In this document: one piece after another, positions 29,087 to 40,112 of the stretch
How positions within the stretch are numbered: position 1 is the first letter of the stretch
Layout of the letters: every line of letters starts with the position of its first letter
From: Vicinamibacteria bacterium
GTDB taxonomy: Bacteria; Acidobacteriota; Vicinamibacteria; Marinacidobacterales; Marinacidobacteraceae
Reading direction: 5' to 3'
NCBI GenBank assembly: GCA_965215615.1
Contig: OZ244068.1
Location: forward strand, 1,568,850 to 1,632,849
DNA length: 64,000 nucleotides
Made by a program: the position numbers and the translations under genes
Notes under the pieces: generated by a model
Told to the model about the DNA's origin: nothing
Database searches by the model: none
Seen by the model: the letters and a program-made list of their open reading frames with translations, nothing else

Positions 29087-30399
29087 ACCGATCCATCCTC
29101 CTCTTCCTCGCCGGCGCGGCAACCGCCGCACTCGGTGTCTTCGCCGCGGGATGGCTCGACAGCCCGCCGGAGCCGGAAGAGCCACCCGAAGCCGGGGAGA
29201 CCCGGGAGATCCTCCACTGGCGGGCCCCGATGGACCCGAACTTCATCTCCGACCGCCCCGGCAAATCCCCGATGGGAATGGACCTCGTCCCGGTCTATGC
29301 CGACGAGACCGGCGACCAACCGGCGGGCACGGTGCGGATCGATCCGGCCTTCGTGCAGCGCATCGGGGTCCGCACCGCCCCGGTGATGCGGCGCGACATC
29401 GCCCGCGAAATCCGGACGGTGGGCACCCTCGCGCACAACGACCGGCAGACCGCCTGGGTGGGAGCCAAATTCGAGGGCTGGATCGAGAACGTCGCGGTCA
29501 ACTACCTCGGGGAGACGGTCGAAGCCGGACAGGTCCTCTTCGACATCTACAGCCCCCAACTGGTCACCACCCAGACCGAATACCTAAGCGCGGTGCGCTA
29601 CGCCGACGGGCTCGACGCGGCGCGCTTCCCGGAGGTGGCCGCCCGGGCGCGTTCGCTCGTCGAGGCGGCTCGTTCCCGCCTTCGGTACTGGGACATCACC
29701 GATGAACAGATCGCGATGCTGGAAGCGGAACAGACACCGCAGCGCACCCTGTCCGTCCACTCGCCGGTGACCGGAGTGGTGGTCGAAAAGATCGACGAAG
29801 CCCTCGACGGGATGTTCGCGAGACCGGGGATGAACCTCTACAAGGTGGCGGACCTCACCACCATCTGGGTGGACGTGGAGATCTTCGAACACCAGGTGGA
29901 GGCGATGCGGATCGGCCAGCGAGCCGCGGTGGAGCTCCCCTACGTCCCCGGCCGACCCTACACCGGGTTCGTGCGGTACCTGTATCCCCACTTCGACCAG
30001 GACACCCGCACCATGACGGTGTCCATCGAGCTCGAAAACCCGGACCTGACGCTCCGCGCCGGGATGTACGCGAACGTCACCTTCGATGTCCCGGTCGCCG
30101 CCCGGGCCCTCACCGTTCCCGAAGAAGCGGTCATCCGCAGCGGTGATCGGGATCTGGTGGTCCTCGAGCTTTCTCCGGGGCTTTTCCGGGTGGCCGGAGT
30201 CACCCTCGGGGCCGAAGGCGACGGGGTCTTCGAAATCCGCGACGGCATCTCCGAGGGAGACCGGATCGTGGTCTCCGCCCAGTTCCTGATCGATTCCGAA
30301 AGCAACCTCAACCAGGCGATCCAGTCCTTTCCCGACGCGCCGGAGCCACCGGAAGAGTCGCCCGCCGAAACGATGCACATGCACCACCATCATCACTGA
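29083..30399 (+). CDS. cusB: RND efflux periplasmic adaptor, CusB-like, with a C-terminal His tract
   Basis: HWRAPMDPNFISDRPGKSPMGMDLVPVY resembles the E. coli CusB N-terminal metal-site region (WYDPM.PN..FDKPGKSPFMDMDLVP). Barrel-sandwich, beta-barrel and MP domains follow. Ends MHMHHHHH. Confidence 0.85.
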   Translation: MNRSILLFLAGAATAALGVFAAGWLDSPPEPEEPPEAGETREILHWRAPMDPNFISDRPGKSPMGMDLVPVYADETGDQPAGTVRIDPAFVQRIGVRTAPVMRRDIAREIRTVGTLAHNDRQTAWVGAKFEGWIENVAVNYLGETVEAGQVLFDIYSPQLVTTQTEYLSAVRYADGLDAARFPEVAARARSLVEAARSRLRYWDITDEQIAMLEAEQTPQRTLSVHSPVTGVVVEKIDEALDGMFARPGMNLYKVADLTTIWVDVEIFEHQVEAMRIGQRAAVELPYVPGRPYTGFVRYLYPHFDQDTRTMTVSIELENPDLTLRAGMYANVTFDVPVAARALTVPEEAVIRSGDRDLVVLELSPGLFRVAGVTLGAEGDGVFEIRDGISEGDRIVVSAQFLIDSESNLNQAIQSFPDAPEPPEESPAETMHMHHHHH

Positions 30400-30414
30400 C
30401 CGGAGCACTCCGCC

Positions 30415-33400
30415 ATGCTCGCCCGAACCATCGAATGGTCGCTCCGGAACCGGCTGGCGGTCCTCGTCCTCGCCGGATTGATCGCCGTCGCCGGGGTCCA
30501 TGCGGCGCGGGAAACGCCGCTCGACGCGCTGCCCGATCTCGCAGAAGTCCAGGTGATCGTCTTCACCGACTATCCGGGACAGGCTCCGCAGGTGGTCGAA
30601 GACCAGGTGACCTACCCGATCACCACCCAGATGCTCGCCGTGCCCTCGGCCGAAGTGGTCCGCGGCTATTCGTTCTTCGGATTCTCCTTCGTCTATGTGA
30701 TCTTCGACGACGCGACCGACCTCTACTGGGCGCGGAGCCGGGTGCTCGAACACCTCAACTACGTCAGCGGGCGGCTCCCCGAAGGAGTCTCCCCCACCCT
30801 CGGCCCCGATGCCAGCGGAACCGGGTGGGGCTTCCTGTATGCGCTCCGCTCCGAAGAGCGTGACCTCGCCGAGCTGCGCTCCCTCCAGGACTGGTTCCTG
30901 AAATACGAACTCACCGCGGTTCCGGGAGTCGCCGAGGTGGCGAGCCTCGGCGGCTTCGTCCGCCAGTACCAGATCACGGTGGACCCGAACCGGCTCCGCG
31001 CCTACGACATCCCGCTCTCCCGCATCCGGGACGCGGTACGCCGCAGCAACGCCGACGTGGGCGGACGGGTCTTCGAGACCGCCGAGACCGAGTTCATGGT
31101 GCGCGGCGAGGGCTACATCCGGGAGCTCGACGACGTGCGCAGCATCGCGCTCGGCGTGGATGCCTCGGGAACCCCGGTCACCGTCGAGGACGTGGCGACC
31201 GTGCAGTTCGGCCCGGAGATCCGGCGCGGCCTCGCCGACCTGAACGGCGAGGGGGAGGTCATTGGCGGGATCGTGGTGGTCCGCTCCGGCGCGAACGTCC
31301 ACGAAGTCGTCAGCCGGGTGAAGGAGCGGCTCGACGAACTGCGGCCGGGATTGCCGGAGGGAGTGGAGATCGTCCCGGTCTATGACCGCACCGGGCTGAT
31401 CGAGGACTCGGTTGCCACCCTGCGCCAGAAACTGCTCGAAGAGATGGGGATCGTGGCGCTGGTGTGCGCCGCCTTCCTGCTTCACCTGCGTTCCGCGATG
31501 GTCGCGGTCATCACCCTGCCCCTGGCCGTGCTGCTCGCCTTCTTCGTGATGTATGTCCAGGGAGTCGGCGCAAACATCATGTCGCTCGGCGGCATCGCCA
31601 TCGCCATCGGAGCCATGGTGGATGCCGCGATCGTGCTGGTCGAGAACGCCCACCGGCACCTCGAACGCGACCGGGGCCGCATACCCCACTGGCGGATCAT
31701 CGCGCGCGCCTCGACCGAAGTGGGCCCCACCCTCTTCTACGCGCTGCTGGTCATCACCATCTCCTTCGCGCCCATCTTCGCGCTGGAAGCCCAGGAGGGA
31801 CGGCTCTTCCACCCGCTCGCGTTCACGAAGACCTACGCGATGGCGGCGGCGGCGCTCCTTTCGGTGACGCTCGTGCCGGTTCTCGCGGGCTACTGGATCC
31901 GGGGCCGCATCCTTCCGCCGGAACGGAACCCGGTCAACCGGTTCCTGCTCGCGCTCTACCGCCCGGTCCTGCGCCGGGTGCTCGCCTGGCGCTGGGCGGT
32001 GCTCGGGCTGACCTTCGTGGCTGCAGGAGCCACCGCGATCCCGGTCTCCCGCCTCGGCTCGGAGTTCATGCCCCCGCTCTGGGAGGGCGATCTGCTCTAC
32101 ATGCCGACCACCCTGCCCGGAGTCTCCATCACCAAGGCCCGCGAGGTGCTCCAGCAGACCGACCGGATCCTGATGGAGTTCCCGGAGGTACGGCTCGTTT
32201 TCGGCAAGGTGGGCCGGGCCGACACCGCGACCGATCCGGCACCGCTCAGCATGATCGAAACCACCATCCTGCTGAAGCCGGAGAGCGAATGGCGGCCCGG
32301 CATGACCCCGGACCGCCTGATCGAGGAGATGGACGACGCGATCCGCTTCCCCGGACTCACGAACGCCTGGACCATGCCGATCAAGACGCGGATCGACATG
32401 CTCTCCACCGGCATCCGCACTCCCGTCGGGGTCAAGCTCTCGGGGCCCGATCTCGCGGTCCTCGAGGAGCTCGGGGGGCAGGTCGAAGCCGTGATGCGGG
32501 AGGTGCCGGGAACGCGCTCGGCGTATTCCGAGCGGGCCATGGGCGGCAACTACCTGAACTTCGCCGTCCGGCGGGAGGCGATCGCCCGCTACGGACTGAC
32601 GGTGAGCGACGTGCAGGAGGTCATCCAGTCGGCCATCGGCGGCATGAACATCACCACCACGGTCGAGGGGCTGGAGCGGTACCCGGTGAACCTGCGCTAC
32701 AGCCGCGACCTGCGCGACAGCCCCGCCGATTTCGGCGACATCCTGGTCCAGACACCCACGCGCCAGCAGATTCCGCTCGCCTTTCTCGCCGACATGTCCT
32801 TCGCGAAGGGGCCGCCGGTCATCAAGAGCGAGCAGGCCCGGCCGAACGTGTGGGTCCACGTGGACATCGAGGAAGCCGATATGGGGGCCTACGTCGAACG
32901 CGCCCGGACGGCGGTCGCCGAAATGGTGGAGATCCCGCCCGGCTACAGCCTCAACTGGAGCGGACAGTACGAGTTCCTGCTGCGCGCCCGCGAACGGATG
33001 GGAATCGTGATCCCGCTCACCCTGATCCTGATCCTGCTGACCCTCCAGTTGAGCACCCGGTCGCTCGCCCGGACGATCATCGTGGCATCAGCGGTCCCGC
33101 TCTCGCTGATCGGGGCCTTCTGGCTGCTCTACTACCTCGACTACAACCTGAGCATCGCGGTGGTGGTGGGGATCCTCGCGCTCGCCGGGCTGAGCGCCGA
33201 AACCGGGGTGGTGATGCTGCTGTACCTCGACCGCGCCTCCGAAACGGCAAAAGAAGAGGGGCGTCTCCGGAACCGGACCGAACTGCGGGAAGCGGTGTTC
33301 GAGGGCGCGCTCCGCCGCCTGCGGCCGGTCGCCATGCTCACCGCGACCACCGCGCTCGGCCTGCTGCCGATCATGGGGAGCACCGGCGCGGGCTCCGACG

Positions 33401-33567
33401 TGATGAAGCGGATCGCAGCCCCAATGGTCGGCGGGGTAGTCACTGCCGCGCTCGTGGTGCTTCTGGTGTTCCCCGCCCTCTACCTCGTCTGGCGCGGCCG
33501 CGGACTCCCGACCGGGGATGACGGGAGGGCGACTCGCGAGATCGATGCTATTGTGACACCACAATGA
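30415..33567 (+). CDS. cusA: CusA/CzcA-family heavy-metal efflux RND pump
   Basis: 1050 aa, 12 TM architecture. N-terminal IEWSLRNR..V and GGIAIAIGAMVDAAIVLVEN motifs are typical of the HME-RND family. Confidence 0.92.
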   Translation: MLARTIEWSLRNRLAVLVLAGLIAVAGVHAARETPLDALPDLAEVQVIVFTDYPGQAPQVVEDQVTYPITTQMLAVPSAEVVRGYSFFGFSFVYVIFDDATDLYWARSRVLEHLNYVSGRLPEGVSPTLGPDASGTGWGFLYALRSEERDLAELRSLQDWFLKYELTAVPGVAEVASLGGFVRQYQITVDPNRLRAYDIPLSRIRDAVRRSNADVGGRVFETAETEFMVRGEGYIRELDDVRSIALGVDASGTPVTVEDVATVQFGPEIRRGLADLNGEGEVIGGIVVVRSGANVHEVVSRVKERLDELRPGLPEGVEIVPVYDRTGLIEDSVATLRQKLLEEMGIVALVCAAFLLHLRSAMVAVITLPLAVLLAFFVMYVQGVGANIMSLGGIAIAIGAMVDAAIVLVENAHRHLERDRGRIPHWRIIARASTEVGPTLFYALLVITISFAPIFALEAQEGRLFHPLAFTKTYAMAAAALLSVTLVPVLAGYWIRGRILPPERNPVNRFLLALYRPVLRRVLAWRWAVLGLTFVAAGATAIPVSRLGSEFMPPLWEGDLLYMPTTLPGVSITKAREVLQQTDRILMEFPEVRLVFGKVGRADTATDPAPLSMIETTILLKPESEWRPGMTPDRLIEEMDDAIRFPGLTNAWTMPIKTRIDMLSTGIRTPVGVKLSGPDLAVLEELGGQVEAVMREVPGTRSAYSERAMGGNYLNFAVRREAIARYGLTVSDVQEVIQSAIGGMNITTTVEGLERYPVNLRYSRDLRDSPADFGDILVQTPTRQQIPLAFLADMSFAKGPPVIKSEQARPNVWVHVDIEEADMGAYVERARTAVAEMVEIPPGYSLNWSGQYEFLLRARERMGIVIPLTLILILLTLQLSTRSLARTIIVASAVPLSLIGAFWLLYYLDYNLSIAVVVGILALAGLSAETGVVMLLYLDRASETAKEEGRLRNRTELREAVFEGALRRLRPVAMLTATTALGLLPIMGSTGAGSDVMKRIAAPMVGGVVTAALVVLLVFPALYLVWRGRGLPTGDDGRATREIDAIVTPQ

Positions 33568-33830
33568 TGGTTCGCACGCAGATATCCCTGAATTCGGAAC
33601 TTCACGCCGGGGCGCGAACCCGGGCGGCGGAACTCGGCGTTTCGCTCGCCGGATACATACGCCGCCTCGTGGACCGGGATCTCGCCCGAACGCCGCGGAC
33701 GGTGGATCGGTCCGTGGTCTTCGATCTCGGCGGCGGTTCTCCTGCCAACATCTCCAAGGACAAGGACCGCATGATCGCCGAGGCAACCACTGCCTCGCTA
33801 CCGGACGCAAAAGCACGGGCGGAGGATTGA
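33564..33830 (+). CDS. vapB: ribbon-helix-helix antitoxin (VapB-type)
   Basis: 88 aa. RTQISLNSELHAGARTRAAELGVSLAGYIRRLVDRDL is an RHH fold pattern. Overlaps the cusA stop and the vapC start (TTGA). Confidence 0.75.
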   Translation: MMVRTQISLNSELHAGARTRAAELGVSLAGYIRRLVDRDLARTPRTVDRSVVFDLGGGSPANISKDKDRMIAEATTASLPDAKARAED

Positions 33831-34240
33831 GCGTTTTCGTGGATACCTCCGCGTGGTTTGCCGCCGCGCACCGGAGTGATCGCTTCCATGAGCGGGCGAA
33901 GGAACTCCTTTCCACCGAAGAAGCCTTGCTGACCAGCGACCATGTGCTCGTGGAGACCTGGCGGTTGCTGCATCACTTCCTGTCGGCACATGCCGCGGAG
34001 CGCTTCTGGGACGGCCTTCGGGCCGGTGTCGCCACCGTGGAAATCACGACCACAGCCGATCTTCAGGCTGCCTGGGAAATCGGGCAGACATTCCCCGATC
34101 AGGACTTCTCGCTTGTGGACCGCACCTCGTTTGCGCTCATGATCCGGCTCGGCATTTCGAGGGTCATCTCGTTCGACCGGGATTTCGCCGTCTTTCGCCA
34201 CGGCCGCAACCGCCAGAACGCCTTCACGCTGCTCCGCTGA
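33827..34240 (+). CDS. vapC: PIN-domain toxin VapC
   Basis: 137 aa with FVDTSAW (Asp1), LVETW (Glu), SLVDRTSFALM (Asp3) and ISFDRDF (Asp4). Confidence 0.85.
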   Translation: MSVFVDTSAWFAAAHRSDRFHERAKELLSTEEALLTSDHVLVETWRLLHHFLSAHAAERFWDGLRAGVATVEITTTADLQAAWEIGQTFPDQDFSLVDRTSFALMIRLGISRVISFDRDFAVFRHGRNRQNAFTLLR

Positions 34241-34297
34241 TCCTTCCTGCCCGGCCCATGACGCTGGGTGTCATGGTGGCAAGCGAAACTGCGCGCC

Positions 34298-34405
34298 ATG
34301 AGCACCTTCGTCCTTTTCTCGGTACTCGCCGCCTTCGTCATCGGCTTCCTCGCCGGCGCTTCTTTCGTCATCGGACAGATGGAAAAGCAGCTCGACGAGT
34401 CCCGC

Positions 34406-34432
<27 letters not shown>
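34298..34432 (+). CDS. possible 44-aa single-TM membrane peptide
   Basis: Below the ORF-track size cut-off. ATG at 34298, [44 protein letters not shown], high GC3. The last 27 nt overlap the convergent maeB 3' end. Confidence 0.3.
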
Positions 34433-36682
<2,250 letters not shown>

Positions 36683-36785
36683 GGGTTTCTCCTCACGGGA
36701 TGAAGTGCGCGGGCCCGGCCAGCGGTGCCGTCAGAGGGGCGAATCGTAGCGACCCGGCGGACGGGAACCGTGGGAAAACCGGGGC

Positions 36786-36986
36786 GTGAAGACCACGATC
36801 TCGATCCCGGACGAGCTCTTCCGGGAAGCTGATGCCTGCGCGAAACGCCGCGGACTCACCCGGAGGAAGCGCCAGCGCGAGGACATCACGGCGCGCCTGA
36901 ACGAGGTGCTCGCCGAAACGCCGAACGATCTCGATCCTGCGCTCCGCATGGCGCAGGCGAAGACCATCGGTCCCTCCGACTGGTAG
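36786..36986 (+). CDS. short CopG/RHH antitoxin-like protein (MazE/ChpI-like type), no toxin partner
   Basis: GTG start. KTTISIPDELFREADACAKRRGLTR then ..EDITARLNEVLAETPNDLDPALRMAQAKTIGPSDW. The N-terminal strand, helix 1 and the C-terminal tail match a common RHH antitoxin type. The segment where helix 2 (SRSELY..AL..YL) normally lies is missing. Confidence 0.55.
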   Translation: MKTTISIPDELFREADACAKRRGLTRRKRQREDITARLNEVLAETPNDLDPALRMAQAKTIGPSDW

Positions 36987-37001
36987 CCGGGGCAGTTCCT
37001 C

Positions 37002-37463
37002 CTACGCGTCGCCCACGGGAAGGTCCACGACCTCGATCCCGTCAAACGAAGCGAAATCAGCAGCGTTCCGGGTCACTACCCGCTCGATCCCATGAGCCAG
37101 CATGGTCGCCGCGATGTTCGCGTCGTGAAGCCGCCTTCCGCTGATGCCGTGAGCGATCGCGAGCTTCCGTAGCCGATGGGAGACCTCCTCGTTCTCTTCG
37201 AAGCAGCGCACATACCTCCGGAGTTCGTTGATATTGGCCACCGCATCGGCAGTATCGAGACCAAGCCCGTTCATCGAAACCGGACGAGTGGCCACAACCA
37301 GGTACTCGCGCAGGATCTGTCCGCTCGCACCAAGGTGGTAGCCGCGTTCCCGGGATTCGTTGAAAAGCCGCTGCGCGTCGCGGTGCCCGGAACGCCGCTC
37401 GTCGGTCGCAGTCAGGAGGATGTTCGTGTCCACGAAGAGGATTTCACCGACCGTCGGGGCCAT
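37002..37463 (-). CDS. vapC: PIN-domain toxin VapC
   Basis: 153 aa with LFVDTNILL, ILREYL, RLHDANIAATM and VVTRNAADF (four acidic PIN positions present). Confidence 0.85.
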   Translation of the reverse strand: MAPTVGEILFVDTNILLTATDERRSGHRDAQRLFNESRERGYHLGASGQILREYLVVATRPVSMNGLGLDTADAVANINELRRYVRCFEENEEVSHRLRKLAIAHGISGRRLHDANIAATMLAHGIERVVTRNAADFASFDGIEVVDLPVGDA

Positions 37464-37674
37464 AGATGTCCTTCCGTCGCCAGGAACCCGAACCGCCGAC
37501 TCGCACAGTCACGAGGCTGAGTTTCGGTGCGTCCTCTTCCACGGGTGCCATGCGGGCCGCACGTTCGAGAATCGCACGCAGTTCGCCTTGGAGCGAACGG
37601 TGATGCATACGCGCCAAGCGCTTCAGGGCGACAAGCGTTTCAGCCGGGATGTCACGAATGTGTACAGCGCTCAT
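37444..37674 (-). CDS. vapB: antitoxin (FitA/Arc-like, VapB-type)
   Basis: 76 aa. MSAVHIRDIPAETLVALKRLARMHHRSLQGELRAILERA is the FitA/StbC-like RHH pattern. 20-nt overlap with the vapC start. Confidence 0.7.
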   Translation of the reverse strand: MSAVHIRDIPAETLVALKRLARMHHRSLQGELRAILERAARMAPVEEDAPKLSLVTVRVGGSGSWRRKDIYGPDGR

Positions 37675-37833
37675 ATCGATACTGAAACGCTATCACAAAA
37701 GTATCTCGCCTATCGCTCCCGAGCGCCCGAATTCGGCCGTCCCTGGACCGGATCGGGGCAACCGCGCCCGCCGCAGCCGCAACCGCAGCATCGGGAGCAG
37801 CGCCCGCCATTCCCGCCCTCTCGCGTTCCTGAG

Positions 37834-39870
37834 CTACAGCCGGGGCCGGTCACGACCTCCCCCCTCGACTCCCGCCCCATCGTCCGTCATCTCCCCTTCC
37901 CCCGAGTGCGTCCGGAACCACTTGAGAATCCGGTCGGTCACGTCCATCAGGAACTTCGGCTCGCGGGGGCCGTGCGGGGTTCTCGGATAGACGACGAACT
38001 CGGTCGGAATGCCGCGCCGGTCGAGCGCCCGGTAGAACTCCTGCCCCTGGGTGAACGGCACCCGGAGGTCCTGCGCGCCGTGGATCACCTGCGTCGGGGT
38101 CGTGACCTCGGCGATCCGGTAGATCGCCGAATGCGCCTCATAGACCTCGTAGTCGTCCCAGAAATCGCCGCCCATGTGAGCCGCGAGGTAGTCCTGGATG
38201 TCCGTCGTCGTGACCATGCTGATCAGGTTCGGCAGCCCCGCGCCCATGCTGGCGGCCCGGAAACGGTCGGTGCGGGTGACCGCGAAGCTCGTCATGTAGC
38301 CGCCGTAGCTCCAGCCCATCAGGAACAGCCGGTCCGGGTCGGCGATCCCCTGCCCGACGAGCAGATCCACGCCCGCCATCAGGTCGTCCATGTCCCCGAA
38401 ACCCCAGTCCATGAAGTTGGCGTAGCGGAACTCCTTGCCGTACCCGGTGGAGCCGCGCGGATTCGGCCGCAGAACCGCGTACCCCTCCTCGGCGAAGGTC
38501 TGGATCATGTAGATGGAGGGCGACCCGGTGAACGTCTCGGAATAGACCCCGGCGGGCCCTCCGTGGACGTTCAGCACCAGCGGGACGCGCTGGCCCTCGC
38601 GGTACCCCACCGGCAGCGTGAGCAGCGCCTCGATTTCGAGTCCGTCTTCGGCCTTCCACGAGAGGATGCTGGTCTCGCCCATCGGCGGGCGCGGGACATC
38701 CCGGTGGAGATCGGTCAGCCGGCGCGGCTCGAAGTCCCCGCCGAGCTCGGCCACGAACACCTCCCACGGCGTGTCCGGGGTCTGATGGGTGAACGCCATC
38801 ACATCGGCGCTCCGGGCAACCGCCGGCGCTCCGAAAACTCCGGGGCCTGGAGTCAGCACCACCAGATCGCCGCCGTCCGCCGGGAGCCCGAAGAGCCGGC
38901 GCGAAGTCCGGTCCGCCTCGGCCAGATAGACGAGCGAGCCGTCGCGCGACCAGCCGAGGATCCCGGGGCTGCGGTCCCGGGTTTCCGCGAGCTTCACCCG
39001 CTCGCCGCCCGCGACCGGCATCACATAGACATCCCCGAGCCCGATCGGCTCCGGCTGGTCGCCCGTGGAGCGGAACGCCACCATGGCTCCGTCCGGCGAG
39101 ACCCGCGGGCTGCTCTCGACCCCGTCGCCGCCGTGGAGCAGCGTCACCCGCTCCTCGAAAACGTGGACCACCGAGAGATCGCCGGAGCGCCGTGCGGTGT
39201 TGATGCGCGGGTCGCCCTGATGGGCGAAGACGATCCGGTCGCTGCTCGACCAGTCCCAGCCGGTCACGTGGAAATCGCCCTCGGTGAGACGGCGATCCTC
39301 CCCGTCCGGGTCCGGCCGGTCCGTTACGAGCGCGAGGTACAGGTGGCCGTACTTGAAGTTCTGGTCCACGAGCTCCACATCCCGCTTCTCCTTGCGGCGC
39401 TTCTCCTCCTCGTCGGTCTCCTCGTCCCGCATCACATAACCCACGCTCCGGCCGTCGGGCGAAAAGCGGAACGAACCGGCCCCGTTTTCGGCGTGGGTGA
39501 CCTCGAACGCCTCGCCACCACCGAGCGGAAGCAGCCAGACCTGCTGCTTGCCCCCGGTGCCTTCCCGGAGGAAGCCGAGGAACCGGCCGTCGGGAGAAAA
39601 CGCCGGGGAGGTCGCGGATTTTTCGCCCGAGGTCCAGGCGAGCGTCTCGCCCCCGGCGGCCGGAACCATATGGACCTGGGTCCGGTATTCCGACATCTCC
39701 CCCTCCATCAACGGACGGGTCACCGTGAAGGCCACCATCCCGCCATCGGGCGAGAGCGCGACCGAGGACACCCGGTGGAACTCCATCTGGAGCGCCGGAG
39801 TCCAGCGGTCGTTCTGGGCCGACGCGACGAACGGCAGCAGGGCGAACAAAAGGGCGAGGCGAACGGTCAT
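37834..39870 (-). CDS. S9-family serine peptidase with an N-terminal beta-propeller (acylaminoacyl-peptidase/DPP-like)
   Basis: Start at the internal ATG 39870 (GGGAGG 7 nt upstream), signal peptide MTVRLALLFALLPFVASAQ. SPDG repeats (PD40-like), nucleophile motif GWSYGGYM, later GAQDLRVP and HGP. Confidence 0.88.
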   Translation of the reverse strand: MTVRLALLFALLPFVASAQNDRWTPALQMEFHRVSSVALSPDGGMVAFTVTRPLMEGEMSEYRTQVHMVPAAGGETLAWTSGEKSATSPAFSPDGRFLGFLREGTGGKQQVWLLPLGGGEAFEVTHAENGAGSFRFSPDGRSVGYVMRDEETDEEEKRRKEKRDVELVDQNFKYGHLYLALVTDRPDPDGEDRRLTEGDFHVTGWDWSSSDRIVFAHQGDPRINTARRSGDLSVVHVFEERVTLLHGGDGVESSPRVSPDGAMVAFRSTGDQPEPIGLGDVYVMPVAGGERVKLAETRDRSPGILGWSRDGSLVYLAEADRTSRRLFGLPADGGDLVVLTPGPGVFGAPAVARSADVMAFTHQTPDTPWEVFVAELGGDFEPRRLTDLHRDVPRPPMGETSILSWKAEDGLEIEALLTLPVGYREGQRVPLVLNVHGGPAGVYSETFTGSPSIYMIQTFAEEGYAVLRPNPRGSTGYGKEFRYANFMDWGFGDMDDLMAGVDLLVGQGIADPDRLFLMGWSYGGYMTSFAVTRTDRFRAASMGAGLPNLISMVTTTDIQDYLAAHMGGDFWDDYEVYEAHSAIYRIAEVTTPTQVIHGAQDLRVPFTQGQEFYRALDRRGIPTEFVVYPRTPHGPREPKFLMDVTDRILKWFRTHSGEGEMTDDGAGVEGGGRDRPRL

Positions 39871-39917
39871 GGGGAAACCTCCCGAACGGGGAACGAGCCG
39901 GGGGGAGTGTCCCATAG

Positions 39918-40094
39918 TCAGCGCAGTTCAGCCTTGAGCGCTTCGAGATCGGACGTCGAAACGAGCGCAGCGACCGCCTTGCCCTGCTCTTCCAAAACGA
40001 TGCGCTCCCCGGCGAAGCGGACCCGTCCGGTGATTTCGGCGAACCGGTCGCGAGCCTCGGTGACGGACAGCAGGTCAAACACATCGAACTCCAC
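39918..40094 (-). CDS. Phd/YefM-like DNA-binding mini-protein (no toxin partner)
   Basis: C-terminal 58 codons of ORF 39918..41234 from GTG 40094 (alternative 40082). LSVTEARDRFAEITGRVRFAGERIVLEEQGKAVAALVSTSDLEAL is a textbook Phd/YefM N-domain. High GC3. Only 18 bp separate it from the divergent DUF1343 start. Confidence 0.45.
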   Translation of the reverse strand: MEFDVFDLLSVTEARDRFAEITGRVRFAGERIVLEEQGKAVAALVSTSDLEALKAELR

Positions 40095-40112
40095 AACGCG
40101 TAATCTTTTCTC

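Noticed and set aside
29584-32859. 1091-aa minus-strand ORF
   Set aside because: It is entirely antisense to cusB/cusA. It has no motifs, an extreme Arg/Gly/Asp/His composition and poor GC3 relative to the plus-strand frame.
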